DNA of 49,630 bases from Fidelibacterota bacterium TCS56 (GCA_001577055.1 LSCG01000002.1:1-49630), one strand, 5' to 3'; shown: positions 29,698 through 38,812, counted from the stretch's first letter. Notes: a model not told the origin generated them from the sequence alone. Made by a program: numbers and translations.

Positions 29698-29882
29698 TAT
29701 GATTCCTGTCACTGAAATTTCAGGAACCTTATCGAAGAGAAAACATAACTTGACTGTATAGAAAGTCGTCAGATAATTTCCACGGCTAAAACAGGAGACG
29801 TAAATAGAACAACGATAACAGTTAATGAAACGGAAAGTGACACCATACGCAATATGATTTTTTTGCGTTATCGGAGACCACG

Positions 29883-31235
29883 ATGAAAAATAATACTAAA
29901 AAGTTGGTTCTGTTTGCGACTCTGCTATTCAGCACTACCATATTTGCCCAAAGCGAAGCCGGGGCAATTTTCCTTCTAATTTCTCCCGGAGCCCGCGCCG
30001 GTGGCATGGGAGAAGCTCAGGTTGCCGTGGCTAATGATGCCTACGCCAGCTACTGGAATCCGGCTGGTTTGGGATTCTTAAAAGGTACGGAACTGGCGCT
30101 GATGCATGTCAACTGGCTGCCAAATCTGGCCGATGATTTATATTACGACTTTTTCGCCTTTCGCCACCACGTGCCCTATCTGGGTACTGTGGGCGGGCAT
30201 ATCATTTATCTTAACCTGGGTGAACAACTGCGTATGGGCGATCAAGCGGAACCATTAGGCACATTTACCACTTATATGATGGCCATGTCCGCCAGTTACA
30301 GCTCACTGCTGTCAACCAGATCCTCCCTGGGTATTAATGCCAAGATTTCTTACCAGCACCTGGCGGAGTTCGGCGCCGGCGGTGAGCGGGGGAAGGGGAC
30401 TTCCACCGATTTCGGCTTTGATATCGGCTACCTTCGTAAAGGATTTTTGTCCCCGGCTCTGGACCTGGGTTTGACGATTACCAATATCGGTCCGAAAGTG
30501 GCCTTCATCGATGCGGCGCAGGCCGATCCCCAGCCGACCAATCTGACCTTAGGCTTGAATTACCGCCTGATCGATTCCCAGTTTAATCGTTTGAATCTGG
30601 TTTACGATGTGGACAAGATGCTGGTGGCTTCTTATCCCGACATGGATTGGGACGGCGACGGCCGGGTCGGTGGCTTCGATGAAGATGGACACGAATCATC
30701 CAGTAACACCGATTATAATTCCGACAAACAGCGTGAGACCGCTCATACCGACCCGATTTACCTGGCCATATTCACATCCTGGGTGGATGACTGGATGCTG
30801 GGTGGTGATATCGATAGAGCTCCCAGTGGTGAGACCGCCGATGGCCAAATCGGTGGTTATGATTGGAATGATGATACTAACGGAAACGGTAAACCGGATG
30901 CCAACGAGATGGCCGTATCCCAGGGCGACTTCGGGGATGAATCCTGGGGTATTTATAATGAGTACGGCCAGAAAGAAGTGGGAACCGGGGAAGATCGTAC
31001 AATCAAAAATGAACTTACCAAGCTGGTACATAACTTCGGAGCCGAGTACTGGTATGCCGATAATTTCGCCATGCGATTCGGGTATTATTACGATCAGACC
31101 GGTAAAATCAGCAATTTCACGCTGGGCTTTGGACTGAGGTTTGCCAGCTACGGCTTTGATTTCGGCTATATTGCCGGTGACGCTGAAGATGCCTTGTCAA
31201 ATACCATGCGCTTCTCGCTGAATATGGAATTTTAA
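29883..31235 (+). CDS. porV: PorV/LptO-like T9SS outer-membrane channel protein with an acidic insertion
   Basis: Signal peptide ...TTIFAQS, then AGAIFLLISPGARAGGMGEAQVAVANDAYASYWNPAGLGFL (PorV N-terminal signature as remembered), barrel-like periodicity and a C-terminal MRFSLNMEF beta-signal. Confidence 0.7.
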   Translation: MKNNTKKLVLFATLLFSTTIFAQSEAGAIFLLISPGARAGGMGEAQVAVANDAYASYWNPAGLGFLKGTELALMHVNWLPNLADDLYYDFFAFRHHVPYLGTVGGHIIYLNLGEQLRMGDQAEPLGTFTTYMMAMSASYSSLLSTRSSLGINAKISYQHLAEFGAGGERGKGTSTDFGFDIGYLRKGFLSPALDLGLTITNIGPKVAFIDAAQADPQPTNLTLGLNYRLIDSQFNRLNLVYDVDKMLVASYPDMDWDGDGRVGGFDEDGHESSSNTDYNSDKQRETAHTDPIYLAIFTSWVDDWMLGGDIDRAPSGETADGQIGGYDWNDDTNGNGKPDANEMAVSQGDFGDESWGIYNEYGQKEVGTGEDRTIKNELTKLVHNFGAEYWYADNFAMRFGYYYDQTGKISNFTLGFGLRFASYGFDFGYIAGDAEDALSNTMRFSLNMEF

Positions 31236-31271
31236 TTCCCTGTTCAGGTATCAGATTTAACCGGAAATAAT

Positions 31272-34106
31272 ATGTTGCGCGGGGTAATAACTGCCTTAAT
31301 TCTGTCGTCATTATTAAGCGCTGATATTATCGGTGACCTGAAAGTGGCTGCCCTGCGGGTTTCTTTTAAACCCGATGATAATCCGGGAACTACCGGCAAC
31401 GGTCAGTTTCTTTCGGCGGCCGAATACGATACCTGTGATATTTATACTATCGATCCTCCACCGCATGACCGCCTTTATTTCGAAGCCCAGTTAAAGGCTC
31501 TTGACAATTATTTCCGCGCTGTGTCATACGATCAGTTCGGTCTGGATACGGTTGCCAGCACGGTATTTCCGGCAACCATCGACGGCAGCTACCAACTGGC
31601 CGATTCCATGAGTTATTATCACGGATATAACGAAGACGATCTCCACGATGAGCGGATTACCCTGCTCCTCCGCGATGCCATCGATGCCGCGTACGCCAGC
31701 GACCAGCTTGATTTCGGCCAGTTTGATCTGGTTGTTGTTTTTCATGCCGGTATTGGACAGGATTTTTCACTGCCCTATCTGGATCCTACCCCCGAAGATA
31801 TTCCTTCCACCTATGTCGATCCCGAAATGGTGGCCAGTTTTATCGATCCAAACGGTATTGCCGTCGGTAATACCACGGTTACGAGTGGGATAATCCTGCC
31901 CGAAACCCAGAATCATCTGCTCTACGATATCGCCGAGGATATATTTGCCGGTGTCGATCAACCCTGTGAGCTGCAATTCGGACTTACCGGGACATTCGCA
32001 TTAATGACCGGTTTTGCCATCGGTCTGCCACCGCTATGGGATATTGAATCCGGTGAGGCTGGGATTGGCGTCTTCGGCCTGATGGACCAGGGCTCAAATA
32101 ACGGCCGCGGGCTGATCCCCGCGCCACCTGATGCCTGGACGCGCATTTTCGCCGGCTGGGAACAACCATTGACTGTTGATTTGAACAGCACCGTCGAATT
32201 GGCTCGCCGTTCACGGGATGCAGTGATTCGGGTTGATATTAACGACCATGAATATTTTCTGATCGAAAACCGGTTAAACTGGTTCCGCCACAATGTCAGT
32301 ATTGATTCTGTGCGCTGGGCCATGTTTAATGCCCAAAAAGATGCCGGTGAAATCGATCCCCAACGCCCACCGTTCGTGGAAATACTGTTTGATTCGGTAA
32401 AACCGGTCATTGATCCCACCGGAGTTGTGACGGCTGTCCCCAACTATGATTTGGGATTGCCCGGTTCCGGTATGCTGATCTGGCATATTGACGAAAATGT
32501 AATTTCCGACGGGATTGATCAATATGAAATCAACGCTGATCCTGACCGGTTCGGTGTCGATTTGGAAGAAGCTGACGGGGCTCAGGATATTGGACACCCG
32601 TCGATCTTTGCCTTTACCGATCCCAGCGCCGGTTATTTTGCCGATATGTGGTTCCAGGGCAACGGGGAGTATTATCGGGCTCATCCCACTGCCGACGGCC
32701 AACCGCTGCGCTTTGGACCATTGACTTTTCCGGACACACGCGCCAACTCCGGGGCCGCAACCTACCTGGCGATTGACGGTATTGGTCCGGCGGCAGATAC
32801 AGCCAGCTTGCAGATTATTAACACACTGGTGCCCGCAGGATTCCCCCAAGATGATTTCAACCCGCGGTTGGTGGTGGATATCAATGGGGATGGAATTAGT
32901 GAATTGGTAGGAGGGGCGGACACGCTTTGGCATCAGTTTGCACCGTGGGAAACCCAACGAGTGTTTTGGACGAATCCTGTTGGCAACAGTCTGGTGACAG
33001 TTGCCGGTGACGGGGAATCAGAATCGTTTCTGATTGCAGCTCGGATTGAGAATGGCGTTACGAAGGTTACCAGCTTCCGTTACAGTACTGGAGATACGCT
33101 AAAACCGGTTTGGAGTAAAATTATATCAGTTGGAACCATCGATGGTTTGTGGGGCGACCGGGACGATAATATTGCCTATCTGCTGGTCAGTGACCGGATT
33201 ATCAAAGTACATAGCGGTGGATCGAACGATCATGGTTTGATCGAAGACGAGCAGTTTTATATCTATTGTAGCCACCGCAACCCTACTGATGATTTCGAAT
33301 TCTACTACGATGGTATCCAACTTAGCACGGTTGGCGTCACCGCCGGTGAAGTGCGGGAGTTGGCCCATCCCGCGGTCAGGGCAACAGTCACTGTTGATCT
33401 TGATCTGGATGGGCGGGGCGAGATTATCATTATTGATTCGACCGGTACAATCAGCGCTTTTAACTCGAATTTTACTTTACTACCGGGTTTTCCTGTCGAT
33501 TTTGCAGCCCGGCCACCACTGCTGGCCCGTAACCTGCTGGGCTCTGACCACCCGGAGTTGATCTTCACCAATTCAGCCAATGAAATTCTCGTTGTTGATC
33601 ATCGCGGGTCGGAATTAATCAGGCTGGCTAACAGCACGGGAGGAAAATTATCCCTGGCAGGCGATTATTTCGGCCGGTCCGCAATCTATTCCACCGATAT
33701 GGTCTGGGCTTTCGACAGTGTAACCGTTACAGATGGTAATGAGTGGAATACTCCCAACGGAGATTGGTATCAGGATCACACCCTGGTTTTGGAGCGTGAA
33801 GCGGCGGTTAACACGACCGGGCTGGCGGATTTAAAACACAGCTATGCCTATCCCAACCCGGCCAAAGGAAATGCAGTCAAATTCCGGGTGGAAGTGGGGC
33901 ATGCAGAAACAATTACAATCAATATCTATGATATCGCCGGCTATTTTGTTCAACGGTTGACACTGGATGAGCCGGTTCAGAATGTGGCCAATGAAATCGT
34001 GTGGAATGTGGCCGCAATTGAATCGGGAGTTTATCTGGCCTACCTGGAAGTGAACGGCAATGGAAGTACCGACTCCAAAATAATAAAAGTCGGTATTATT
34101 AAATAG
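31272..34106 (+). CDS. M6 (immune inhibitor A)-like peptidase homologue lacking HExxH, with FG-GAP-like repeats and T9SS CTD
   Basis: 944 aa. The M6-like blocks are KVAALRVSF, VVVFHAGIGQD, GTFALMTGFAIGLPPLWD (the site of GxFAHExGHxxGLPDxYD), GIGVFGLMDQGS, EYFLIENR and GMLIWHIDE. FG-GAP-like repeats include DINGDGISELVGG and DLDLDGRGEIIIID. A CTD closes the protein. Confidence 0.65.
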   Translation: MLRGVITALILSSLLSADIIGDLKVAALRVSFKPDDNPGTTGNGQFLSAAEYDTCDIYTIDPPPHDRLYFEAQLKALDNYFRAVSYDQFGLDTVASTVFPATIDGSYQLADSMSYYHGYNEDDLHDERITLLLRDAIDAAYASDQLDFGQFDLVVVFHAGIGQDFSLPYLDPTPEDIPSTYVDPEMVASFIDPNGIAVGNTTVTSGIILPETQNHLLYDIAEDIFAGVDQPCELQFGLTGTFALMTGFAIGLPPLWDIESGEAGIGVFGLMDQGSNNGRGLIPAPPDAWTRIFAGWEQPLTVDLNSTVELARRSRDAVIRVDINDHEYFLIENRLNWFRHNVSIDSVRWAMFNAQKDAGEIDPQRPPFVEILFDSVKPVIDPTGVVTAVPNYDLGLPGSGMLIWHIDENVISDGIDQYEINADPDRFGVDLEEADGAQDIGHPSIFAFTDPSAGYFADMWFQGNGEYYRAHPTADGQPLRFGPLTFPDTRANSGAATYLAIDGIGPAADTASLQIINTLVPAGFPQDDFNPRLVVDINGDGISELVGGADTLWHQFAPWETQRVFWTNPVGNSLVTVAGDGESESFLIAARIENGVTKVTSFRYSTGDTLKPVWSKIISVGTIDGLWGDRDDNIAYLLVSDRIIKVHSGGSNDHGLIEDEQFYIYCSHRNPTDDFEFYYDGIQLSTVGVTAGEVRELAHPAVRATVTVDLDLDGRGEIIIIDSTGTISAFNSNFTLLPGFPVDFAARPPLLARNLLGSDHPELIFTNSANEILVVDHRGSELIRLANSTGGKLSLAGDYFGRSAIYSTDMVWAFDSVTVTDGNEWNTPNGDWYQDHTLVLEREAAVNTTGLADLKHSYAYPNPAKGNAVKFRVEVGHAETITINIYDIAGYFVQRLTLDEPVQNVANEIVWNVAAIESGVYLAYLEVNGNGSTDSKIIKVGIIK
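33837..34103 (+). other. T9SS type-A C-terminal sorting domain (CTD) of the M6-like protein
   Basis: HSYAYPNPAKGNAVKFRVEV..ETITINIYDIAGYFVQRL...WNVAAIESGVYLAYLEVNG...SKIIKVGIIK follows the same pattern as the CTD at 2831..3094. Confidence 0.75.
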
Positions 34107-34116
34107 CGGTTCGATT

Positions 34117-37068
34117 TTGCGTTACCTGTCGATTTTAATCCTCATCACCAGTCTGCTTGTTGGTCAATTGGACCATAATCATCCTGAACTGGATTGGCAG
34201 ACCATCGAGACGGAACATTTCCAGATTCATTATTATCCGGCAACCGAAGGTACGGCCCGTGAAGGCGCCACAGTTGCCGAGCGCATCTATCCCCATGTAA
34301 CCGCCGTGTATGATTATCAGCCGCCGGAAAAAACCGACCTGGTCTTTATCGATACCGATGATTTCTCCAACGGTATGGCCTTTTATTACGATAATAAAAT
34401 TTATATCTGGGCCACGCCGTTGAATTTTATGCTGCGCGGCAGCCATCGCTGGTTGCAGAATGTGATTACCCATGAATTTTCCCATATCGTTTCCCTGCAG
34501 GCCGCCATGAAAGCCGGTACTAAAATTCCCGCCGCCTACCTGCAACTCATCGGTTATGAACAGGAGAAGCGCAAAGATGTGCTCTACGGTTATCCCAACG
34601 TGGTTGTGAGTTATCCGATACCCGGTACGGTGGTGCCGCCCTGGCTGGCGGAAGGTATCGCCCAATTCATGTACGCCGATGCCGATTGGGATTTGTGGGA
34701 CACCCACCGGGATATGCTCATGCGTGATCAGGTCTTGAATAACAAAATGCTGACGCTGGCGCAAATGAATTCTTTCGGAAAAAAGGGCGTCGGGAATGAA
34801 TCGGTCTATAATTCCGGTTATGCACTGGTAAAATACATTGTCAGCAAATATGGCGTGGACAAACTAGTGCGGTTAATGCGCGAACTGGCCGTTCCCTGGC
34901 AATATTCAATCAATTCGGCTATTAGCAAATCGCTGGATGTTCCCGCCGGCAAGCTCTATCAGGATTTCAGCCAGACCTTGGAAAAGCGCTATGAGCATCT
35001 CACTGCCTCCATCCGCGGCGCACCGAAAACCGGAGAAATTTTACAGTCGCAGGGCTCGGTCAACATTCACCCGGTATGGAGCCCGGCAGGGGACCGGCTG
35101 GCTTTTCTGTCCAACCGCGGCAATGATTATTATTCACAAACCGATTTATATCTGCATGATTTCGAACAGGGCGCGACCAAGAAACTGATCTCCGGTGTCC
35201 GGCATGGCGTGACCTGGCACCCGGAGGGAGAGAAGATTTATTATGTCCATGCGGCGAAAATTCCCAATCGCAACGGCTCCCGCTATTTCGATTTATATGA
35301 ATATGACCTTGAAGCGGAAGACAGTCGCCGGTTGACCGTCGATGCCCGAAGTTATTCGCCGGTTTATATTCACTCTGACAGCAGCATCGCCTATCTGGCT
35401 TCCCATGATGGTACCCAGAATATTTTTCGGTTGGATTTGAAAGATAATTCCCGCGAGCGGCTGACGAATTTCACCGATCGGCGCTCTGTTTATACCCTGG
35501 AATACGATCCGGCTAATGAACGGTTGTTATTCGACTACAGCGTCAGCCATTTCCGCAATATCGGCTATTTATCGCTGATTGACAGCACTCGTGGTGATCT
35601 AATGGCTAGCCCCTTGTGGGACGAGCGCAATATGGCCCTCACGCCCCAGGGAGATTTTATCTATGCCGATGACCGCAGCGGTATCTATAATCTGTTCTAT
35701 TTGAATTCCGCTGATGGTACCCAGGGATATTTAACCAATGTACCCGGGGGTGCTTTCATGCCGGACGTGTCTGCCGATGGTAAAATTGCCTATTCATTAT
35801 ACGAGGATCAATCCTACCGGATTGCGATTTTACCGGAGGTGGAATGGATCGATCAGGAGCAGGTGGGGTACAGTCCGGATTTCTATCTCCGCAACCGTAA
35901 TTTGACTGAACCAATCGTCGAAATGGATACCACTCCCGGCCAACCGTACATCGATAATTTCACCAATATGTTTATTCTGCCCAAGCTTACCTGGGAATAC
36001 GGTCTTTTCAAACCCGGAGTGTATTTTTATTCCACCGAAGTCCTGGAACGCCTCAGTGTTTTCGGGCAGGCTGCCACTAATCGCATCGCCGATTTGGATC
36101 TGTTTTTACTGTTCGAGATGTCCCGGCTCAGGCCGACGCTGTACACGGAAATTACCTATCTGAAGCGCAACCGTCCTGATCAGCGGCAGTATTCGGTTTA
36201 TCCGGTGGATGAAAACCTTACTTTCCGTCTGGTGCAATTCAAGGGTGGCCTGCGCAGTATCATTAAGGGTATCAGCCATCTGGATATGTTTATTTCCTGG
36301 CAAAGATACCGGGCCTTCATCAAACAACAACTGCCCACTTCGCCGCTGGAGCAGGGAATTGCCTATGATTATTACCGTGGGGCTCATCTGGGCCTGAATT
36401 GGAGTATCAAGCTGGTTAAAGCCCGGGCCGATGCCAACATAAATCCATCCAAAGGTTTTAAATACGATTTATCGTTGACGTACGAACAAAACAATTTCAT
36501 CAATGGATTGAATTTATCCGAATCAGGAACGCTGGTAGAAGATTTTCACGATAACAACCTGGTCCGTGCTTACGTGGAAACCAATAATTACCTGCAGATA
36601 CCGGCTACCCGCCGGTGGACCGTTGAGCTGGAGACCAATCTTGGCTGGCATTCCAACGCCGCCGCCGATTCATTCTTTAATTTTTTCGGTGGGGGAATGC
36701 CCGGTATTCAAGGCTATCCGTTTTACAGCATAGAAGGGAACCGGGTGGCAATCGGCAAGTTTACCCTGAGGGTCCCGCTGCTGTATCTGCGGAATATACC
36801 ACTGGGTTGGTTCAGTCTGAATAATTGTACGGCCGGCGCCATCGTGCAGGCCGGTGATGCCTGGAGCGGCGCGTTTGACCAATACTCAATAAAAAAATCT
36901 GTTGGGGCCCAGTTGCGGTTCAATGGCTTCTCATTTTATAATTATCCCACTGCAATTGGCTTAGAAGTTCATTACGGATTAGATAAATTAGAACGTGTAA
37001 TCGAGGATAAAACCTACGTTTACGGAAAGGAACCACGATATTATGTCAGCTTATTATTCGGTTTCTAA
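34117..37068 (+). CDS. Fusion protein: MA-clan metallopeptidase domain + TolB-like PD40 beta-propeller + Omp85/BamA-like C-terminal barrel
   Basis: 983 aa with a TTG start. HEFSH at 34471..34485 plus downstream PPWLAEGIAQFMY gives a Peptidase_MA_2-like HExxH...EG pattern. PD40-like repeats include IHPVWSPAGDRLAFLSNRGNDYYSQTDLYLHD, VTWHPEGEKIYY and PDVSADGKIAYS. The C-terminal roughly 340 aa have Omp85-type features (GGGMPGIQGYPFYSIEGNRVAIGKFTLRVPL, VGAQLRF, terminal YYVSLLFGF). Confidence 0.6.
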   Translation: MRYLSILILITSLLVGQLDHNHPELDWQTIETEHFQIHYYPATEGTAREGATVAERIYPHVTAVYDYQPPEKTDLVFIDTDDFSNGMAFYYDNKIYIWATPLNFMLRGSHRWLQNVITHEFSHIVSLQAAMKAGTKIPAAYLQLIGYEQEKRKDVLYGYPNVVVSYPIPGTVVPPWLAEGIAQFMYADADWDLWDTHRDMLMRDQVLNNKMLTLAQMNSFGKKGVGNESVYNSGYALVKYIVSKYGVDKLVRLMRELAVPWQYSINSAISKSLDVPAGKLYQDFSQTLEKRYEHLTASIRGAPKTGEILQSQGSVNIHPVWSPAGDRLAFLSNRGNDYYSQTDLYLHDFEQGATKKLISGVRHGVTWHPEGEKIYYVHAAKIPNRNGSRYFDLYEYDLEAEDSRRLTVDARSYSPVYIHSDSSIAYLASHDGTQNIFRLDLKDNSRERLTNFTDRRSVYTLEYDPANERLLFDYSVSHFRNIGYLSLIDSTRGDLMASPLWDERNMALTPQGDFIYADDRSGIYNLFYLNSADGTQGYLTNVPGGAFMPDVSADGKIAYSLYEDQSYRIAILPEVEWIDQEQVGYSPDFYLRNRNLTEPIVEMDTTPGQPYIDNFTNMFILPKLTWEYGLFKPGVYFYSTEVLERLSVFGQAATNRIADLDLFLLFEMSRLRPTLYTEITYLKRNRPDQRQYSVYPVDENLTFRLVQFKGGLRSIIKGISHLDMFISWQRYRAFIKQQLPTSPLEQGIAYDYYRGAHLGLNWSIKLVKARADANINPSKGFKYDLSLTYEQNNFINGLNLSESGTLVEDFHDNNLVRAYVETNNYLQIPATRRWTVELETNLGWHSNAAADSFFNFFGGGMPGIQGYPFYSIEGNRVAIGKFTLRVPLLYLRNIPLGWFSLNNCTAGAIVQAGDAWSGAFDQYSIKKSVGAQLRFNGFSFYNYPTAIGLEVHYGLDKLERVIEDKTYVYGKEPRYYVSLLFGF

Positions 37069-37072
37069 AAAG

Positions 37073-37999
37073 ATGTTGCCGGTATTTATGCTGGTCTTGG
37101 CCGGCCTGGCCTTCGCCGGTGGCGAAGATCCTCTGGCGGTGGACCCGTCGCTGAACTTCGCCCGTCTGCAGTTCACGGCTTTTGCCAATCCCATGGATGC
37201 CATGCTGGCCGCCGATGATGACGCTCAATCTGACAGTATTCACGCGGACATCAATTTTCCCGCACGCCCGATGCTAATGTCGCTGGCAATCCCCGGATTG
37301 GGGCAATTGTACAATAAGTCGCCTTGGTGGAAAACGGCGCTGTTTGCATCGATCGAAATCGGTGGTATCTACGCCTGGTCGGCCCTCAACAGCAAAGCCG
37401 AAGACAAACGACTGGAGTATGAGCAGTTTGCCGATGATCACTGGTCACTGGCGGAGTGGGTCCGGACGAGCGGCTTCCTTAATGCGGAATTATTCCCGGA
37501 GGGCGTTGACACCGTCAATAATATTTATACCAGCACCCACCATTTGACTATCGTTGACAATGGTATTTTCTACTCTTCCAGTGAGCTTTATACGTCACCC
37601 TTGACTGACGACATGCGCATTCTGCGTGATCGTGATTTTTATGAAAACATCGGTAAATACGACCAGTTTGTGGGCGGTTGGGATGATGCCTACGATGGCA
37701 ATGATCAACTGTGGTGGGAGACTGAAAAAGAGGTTGAAGATTCTACCGAAATTATTCTGATGACTGATAATAAGGATAATTACCTTGATATGCGTTTCGA
37801 TCATAATCAATTGTTAAAATATGCCGGTTTTACCGTGTCGGCGATCATGTTCAACCATGTGGTCAGCGCCATCGAAGCGGTGTGGAGCTCCCAATCCGCC
37901 GCCCGTGAAGCAGCCCGTGAGCGGACGGAAGTGGGCTTATTATACAACCGGAACGCGCGCTATGGTATCGGCGGTATATCGCTGGCGGTGCATTTCTAA
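37073..37999 (+). CDS. Membrane protein with PGLGQxYN motif (DUF5683-like)
   Basis: The start is trimmed to the ATG at 37073, 4 nt after the previous stop, giving signal peptide MLPVFMLVLAGLAFAGG. It has LMSLAIPGLGQLYNKSPWWKTALFASIEIGGIYAW, a second hydrophobic helix near the C-terminus, and ends GGISLAVHF. Confidence 0.4.
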   Translation: MLPVFMLVLAGLAFAGGEDPLAVDPSLNFARLQFTAFANPMDAMLAADDDAQSDSIHADINFPARPMLMSLAIPGLGQLYNKSPWWKTALFASIEIGGIYAWSALNSKAEDKRLEYEQFADDHWSLAEWVRTSGFLNAELFPEGVDTVNNIYTSTHHLTIVDNGIFYSSSELYTSPLTDDMRILRDRDFYENIGKYDQFVGGWDDAYDGNDQLWWETEKEVEDSTEIILMTDNKDNYLDMRFDHNQLLKYAGFTVSAIMFNHVVSAIEAVWSSQSAAREAARERTEVGLLYNRNARYGIGGISLAVHF

Positions 38000-38050
38000 A
38001 TACGATTTGGACGATTGATGCCTTACAAATATTTAAAAACAGGACACACG

Positions 38051-38812
38051 ATGTTAACCAGATTTACTGCACTTCTTTCGCTGGTGCTGATCGCCGGCTG
38101 CGCGGGCTCCCGGGTGGAAGCCGATCTTGATGGGAGAAATCATTTTGACAAAGGCCTGAAGGCGCTGGAGAAGAAACGCTACTTACGCGCTCAGGAAGAA
38201 TTGAATCAGGCAGTTATTAGCGGCGCACACACTGAATGGGGCGACGACGCCATGTTCTATCTGGCGGAAGCCTATTTTCTGAATGAGGAATATATACTGG
38301 CGATTGCCGAGTACGATCGCTTAATCCGCCGGATGCCATTTACCGAATTTCTTGAACAAGCCCGCTACCGGATTTGCGAATCTTACATCCTGGAGTCACC
38401 CAAGTACTTCCATGACCAGGAATACACCCAGAGGGCGATCGATGAGGTCCAGAGTTTTCTGGATGATTTTACCGTGTCCGATTATCGGGGCGACGCCCTA
38501 AAAGCCCATGAAATGCTGCGGACCAAACTGGCGCAGAAATCCTACGAAACCGGTATTCTTTATATTAAAATGGACGAACCGGAGCCGGCCAAAATTGCAT
38601 TCGCCAATGTGCTGACCAATTATTATGATACTAAATATTTCGAATTAGCCCACCTGGAGACCCTACACGCCTATTGTATTGATCTCGAAATTGATAAAGC
38701 GCGCGATTACCTCGAGGAGCAGGCCGGGATTTTTGACGACCAGAAGTTATATGAAAAGGCAGAGTCATATATTGCCGCCGCCGAAAAAGCGCTAAAAAGA
38801 CGCAACCGATGA
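38051..38812 (+). CDS. bamD: BamD/YfiO-like outer-membrane assembly TPR lipoprotein
   Basis: The ATG at 38051 gives MLTRFTALLSLVLIAGC-AGS (lipobox). TPR helices include YLRAQEELNQAV, AMFYLAEAYFLNEEYILAIAEYDRLIRRMP and ARYRICESY. The size and pattern fit BamD. ORF 38015 is the upstream alternative. Confidence 0.6.
   Translation: MLTRFTALLSLVLIAGCAGSRVEADLDGRNHFDKGLKALEKKRYLRAQEELNQAVISGAHTEWGDDAMFYLAEAYFLNEEYILAIAEYDRLIRRMPFTEFLEQARYRICESYILESPKYFHDQEYTQRAIDEVQSFLDDFTVSDYRGDALKAHEMLRTKLAQKSYETGILYIKMDEPEPAKIAFANVLTNYYDTKYFELAHLETLHAYCIDLEIDKARDYLEEQAGIFDDQKLYEKAESYIAAAEKALKRRNR

Noticed and set aside
31958-32957. Minus-strand ORFs of 161 and 227 aa inside the M6-like gene. Similar antisense ORFs occur at 34135..34764, 23688..24296, 42878..43411 and 48613..49098.
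   Set aside because: They are shadow ORFs opposite long + strand genes with clear family motifs. Their composition is typical of antisense frames, and they have no start context or signal features.
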